Positions 62,831 through 64,000 of a DNA stretch of 64,000 bases are shown here, in pieces (within the stretch, counting starts at the first letter, position 1; every line of letters begins with the position of its first letter). The DNA lies in NCBI GenBank assembly GCA_035632635.1, contig DASQGL010000007.1, forward strand, positions 7,304 through 71,303, written 5' to 3'. The stretch is from Candidatus Limnocylindrales bacterium. Lineage in GTDB: Bacteria; Chloroflexota; Dormibacteria; CF-121. Both the position numbers and the translations under genes were made by a program. The notes beneath the pieces are model-generated. The model ran no database searches. It saw nothing but the letters and a program-made list of their open reading frames with translations, and was not told the origin of the DNA.

Positions 62831-64000
62831 CCAGCGGCGCGAACGTCCTGGTGTTCCAGTCGTCCACGGCGCTGCCACTGAAGGCCGAGAAGGCCTTCGC
62901 GCCTGATTGCACGAGCGCGGAATACTTCTGCACCCCGGCGGCGTCCTTGTTCTGAATCGCCTGCACCAGCAGCTCCGTGTTCTCGACCAGGTCGCTGAAG
63001 GTCGACACCTCCTGGGCGAGCACCGGTGGAATGCCGGCGGCCAAGGCCAGCTGGACGGCCTGGGCCAGCTTCTGGTGCGCATCCGGATACGGCGCGCCGG
63101 CGCCGGCCAGATCGTGCCGCCCCAGCGCGGCGCCCACCTTCACGTAATCGGCGCTGGCGTCGATCAGCGGCAGCGCGAGGGTGGCCTGGTCGACGGCCGC
63201 GGTGAGGACCTGATCCGCGTCCTTGATCGCAGTCAGGGCCAGCGCCGTCTTCGCACGCGCGGCGGCGATCGCCGGACGGCTGGCCAGCGCGGCGTAGGAG
63301 AGCCAGACCAGGTGCTGGTCGAGGGAGGCGATCGCGGCCTCATCGGCCTTGACCGCCGTGAGCGCCGACTGCACCTGGGCCAGGTCCTTGTTGAGCGCCG
63401 CCTTTTCCGCGGTGGGGTCGTTCGACGACGTGGTAGACGGCTTCAGGAAGAGCGCCATGGCCGCATCCGCGGCCTGCTGATGCGCCCCGGCCGCCGCAAT
63501 CGCGTGGCGGGCGCCGCTGATCTGCGCGGAGGCAACCACCGGGAGGAGCCCGAAGACCAGCACCACCACCAGCACGACGGCCGCGACCGGGGCGAGGACG
63601 CCGGTTCCGGCGCCCTCGATCCGGGCGAGCGCCGCCTGGACCTGGCTGGGGACGGGAAAGGGCAGGGCGACCTGGCGGCCGAAGATGGTCAGCGAGGGCG
63701 CCGGCGGGACAGCCTGCGGGTAGCCCTGGTACGCCTGCCCGTACGGCTGACCGGGATAGGGCTGCCCGCCATAGGGATCCGCGCCCGGGTATCCGGGCTG
63801 GCCGTAGGGATTGGCCGGGTACGGATAGGGATAGCCGGGCTGGGGCTGGCCCCCGGGGTAGGCCTGGCCAGGCTGGCCTGGCGGAAAGGCCTGGGGTGGA
63901 TACGCCTGACCCTGGCCCGGATACGGCTGGCCCTGGCCGGGGTAGGGCTGCCCCTGCCCGGGCTGGCCCGGATAGCCGCCCGCCTGACCGGGGTACGGGC
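62787..64000 (-). CDS. Membrane protein with a Pro/Gly/Gln/Tyr-rich N-terminal region (partial; start beyond the window end)
   Basis: The frame stays open from 63575 to the window edge. It encodes ...GYPGQPGQGQPYPGQGQPYPGQGQAYPP...GQPGYPGADPYGGQPYPGQPYGQAYQGYPQ, then a TM segment (VAAVVLVVVLVFGLLPVVA), then an Ala-rich helical ectodomain. Confidence 0.6.
   Translation of the reverse strand, partial: PYPGQAGGYPGQPGQGQPYPGQGQPYPGQGQAYPPQAFPPGQPGQAYPGGQPQPGYPYPYPANPYGQPGYPGADPYGGQPYPGQPYGQAYQGYPQAVPPAPSLTIFGRQVALPFPVPSQVQAALARIEGAGTGVLAPVAAVVLVVVLVFGLLPVVASAQISGARHAIAAAGAHQQAADAAMALFLKPSTTSSNDPTAEKAALNKDLAQVQSALTAVKADEAAIASLDQHLVWLSYAALASRPAIAAARAKTALALTAIKDADQVLTAAVDQATLALPLIDASADYVKVGAALGRHDLAGAGAPYPDAHQKLAQAVQLALAAGIPPVLAQEVSTFSDLVENTELLVQAIQNKDAAGVQKYSALVQSGAKAFSAFSGSAVDDWNTRTFAPLVKGYDAGLKAASGH

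Overview
Chromosomal segment from a very GC-rich bacterium (roughly 70% GC by eye, not computed). It is densely packed with about 62 protein-coding genes, about 45 of them on the minus strand. I saw no rRNA, tRNA, CRISPR array, transposase or integrase.

Most genes are core metabolism or housekeeping and are recognisable from motifs:
- MoxR-DUF58-transglutaminase operon
- pdxS/pdxT, tmk-darA, tldD/pmbA, ilvE, glxK, yvcK
- an OmpR-type two-component pair
- purA, dnaB, rplI, cca, a ROK kinase
- an LprG-like lipoprotein with an MFS pump
- selA/selB, bactofilin, ychF, ssb
- an ABC exporter, a GH31 glycosidase, nfo, dinB, moaC

Genes are strung into long operons with 1-4 nt start/stop overlaps (ATGA, GTGA, TGATG). 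At least 16 operon-leading genes have a TAnnnT -10 box only 6-10 nt upstream of the start codon, which implies leaderless or near-leaderless mRNAs. I used this to reposition several start codons.

Many of the long ORFs in the six-frame track are antisense or out-of-frame GC artefacts (Arg/Pro/Gly/Ala-rich) and were rejected.

Items worth a second look:
1. An orphan VirB2-like / VirB6(TrbL)-like / M23 peptidase membrane module next to ssb, with no secretion ATPases.
2. A previously unrecognised ~140-nt dispersed GC-rich repeat at gene 3' ends. One copy supplies the C-terminus of a gene.
3. A tandem-duplicated thymidine kinase.
4. A substrate-binding protein gene interrupted by a single in-frame TGA, in a genome that encodes SelA/SelB.
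5. An ECF sigma factor fused to an HxxxCxxC anti-sigma zinc motif.
6. A promoter-plus-terminator-bounded small RNA candidate.
7. A PocR-GAF protein with a degenerate GGDEF domain.

All family assignments are by-eye motif recognition. No database search was run.
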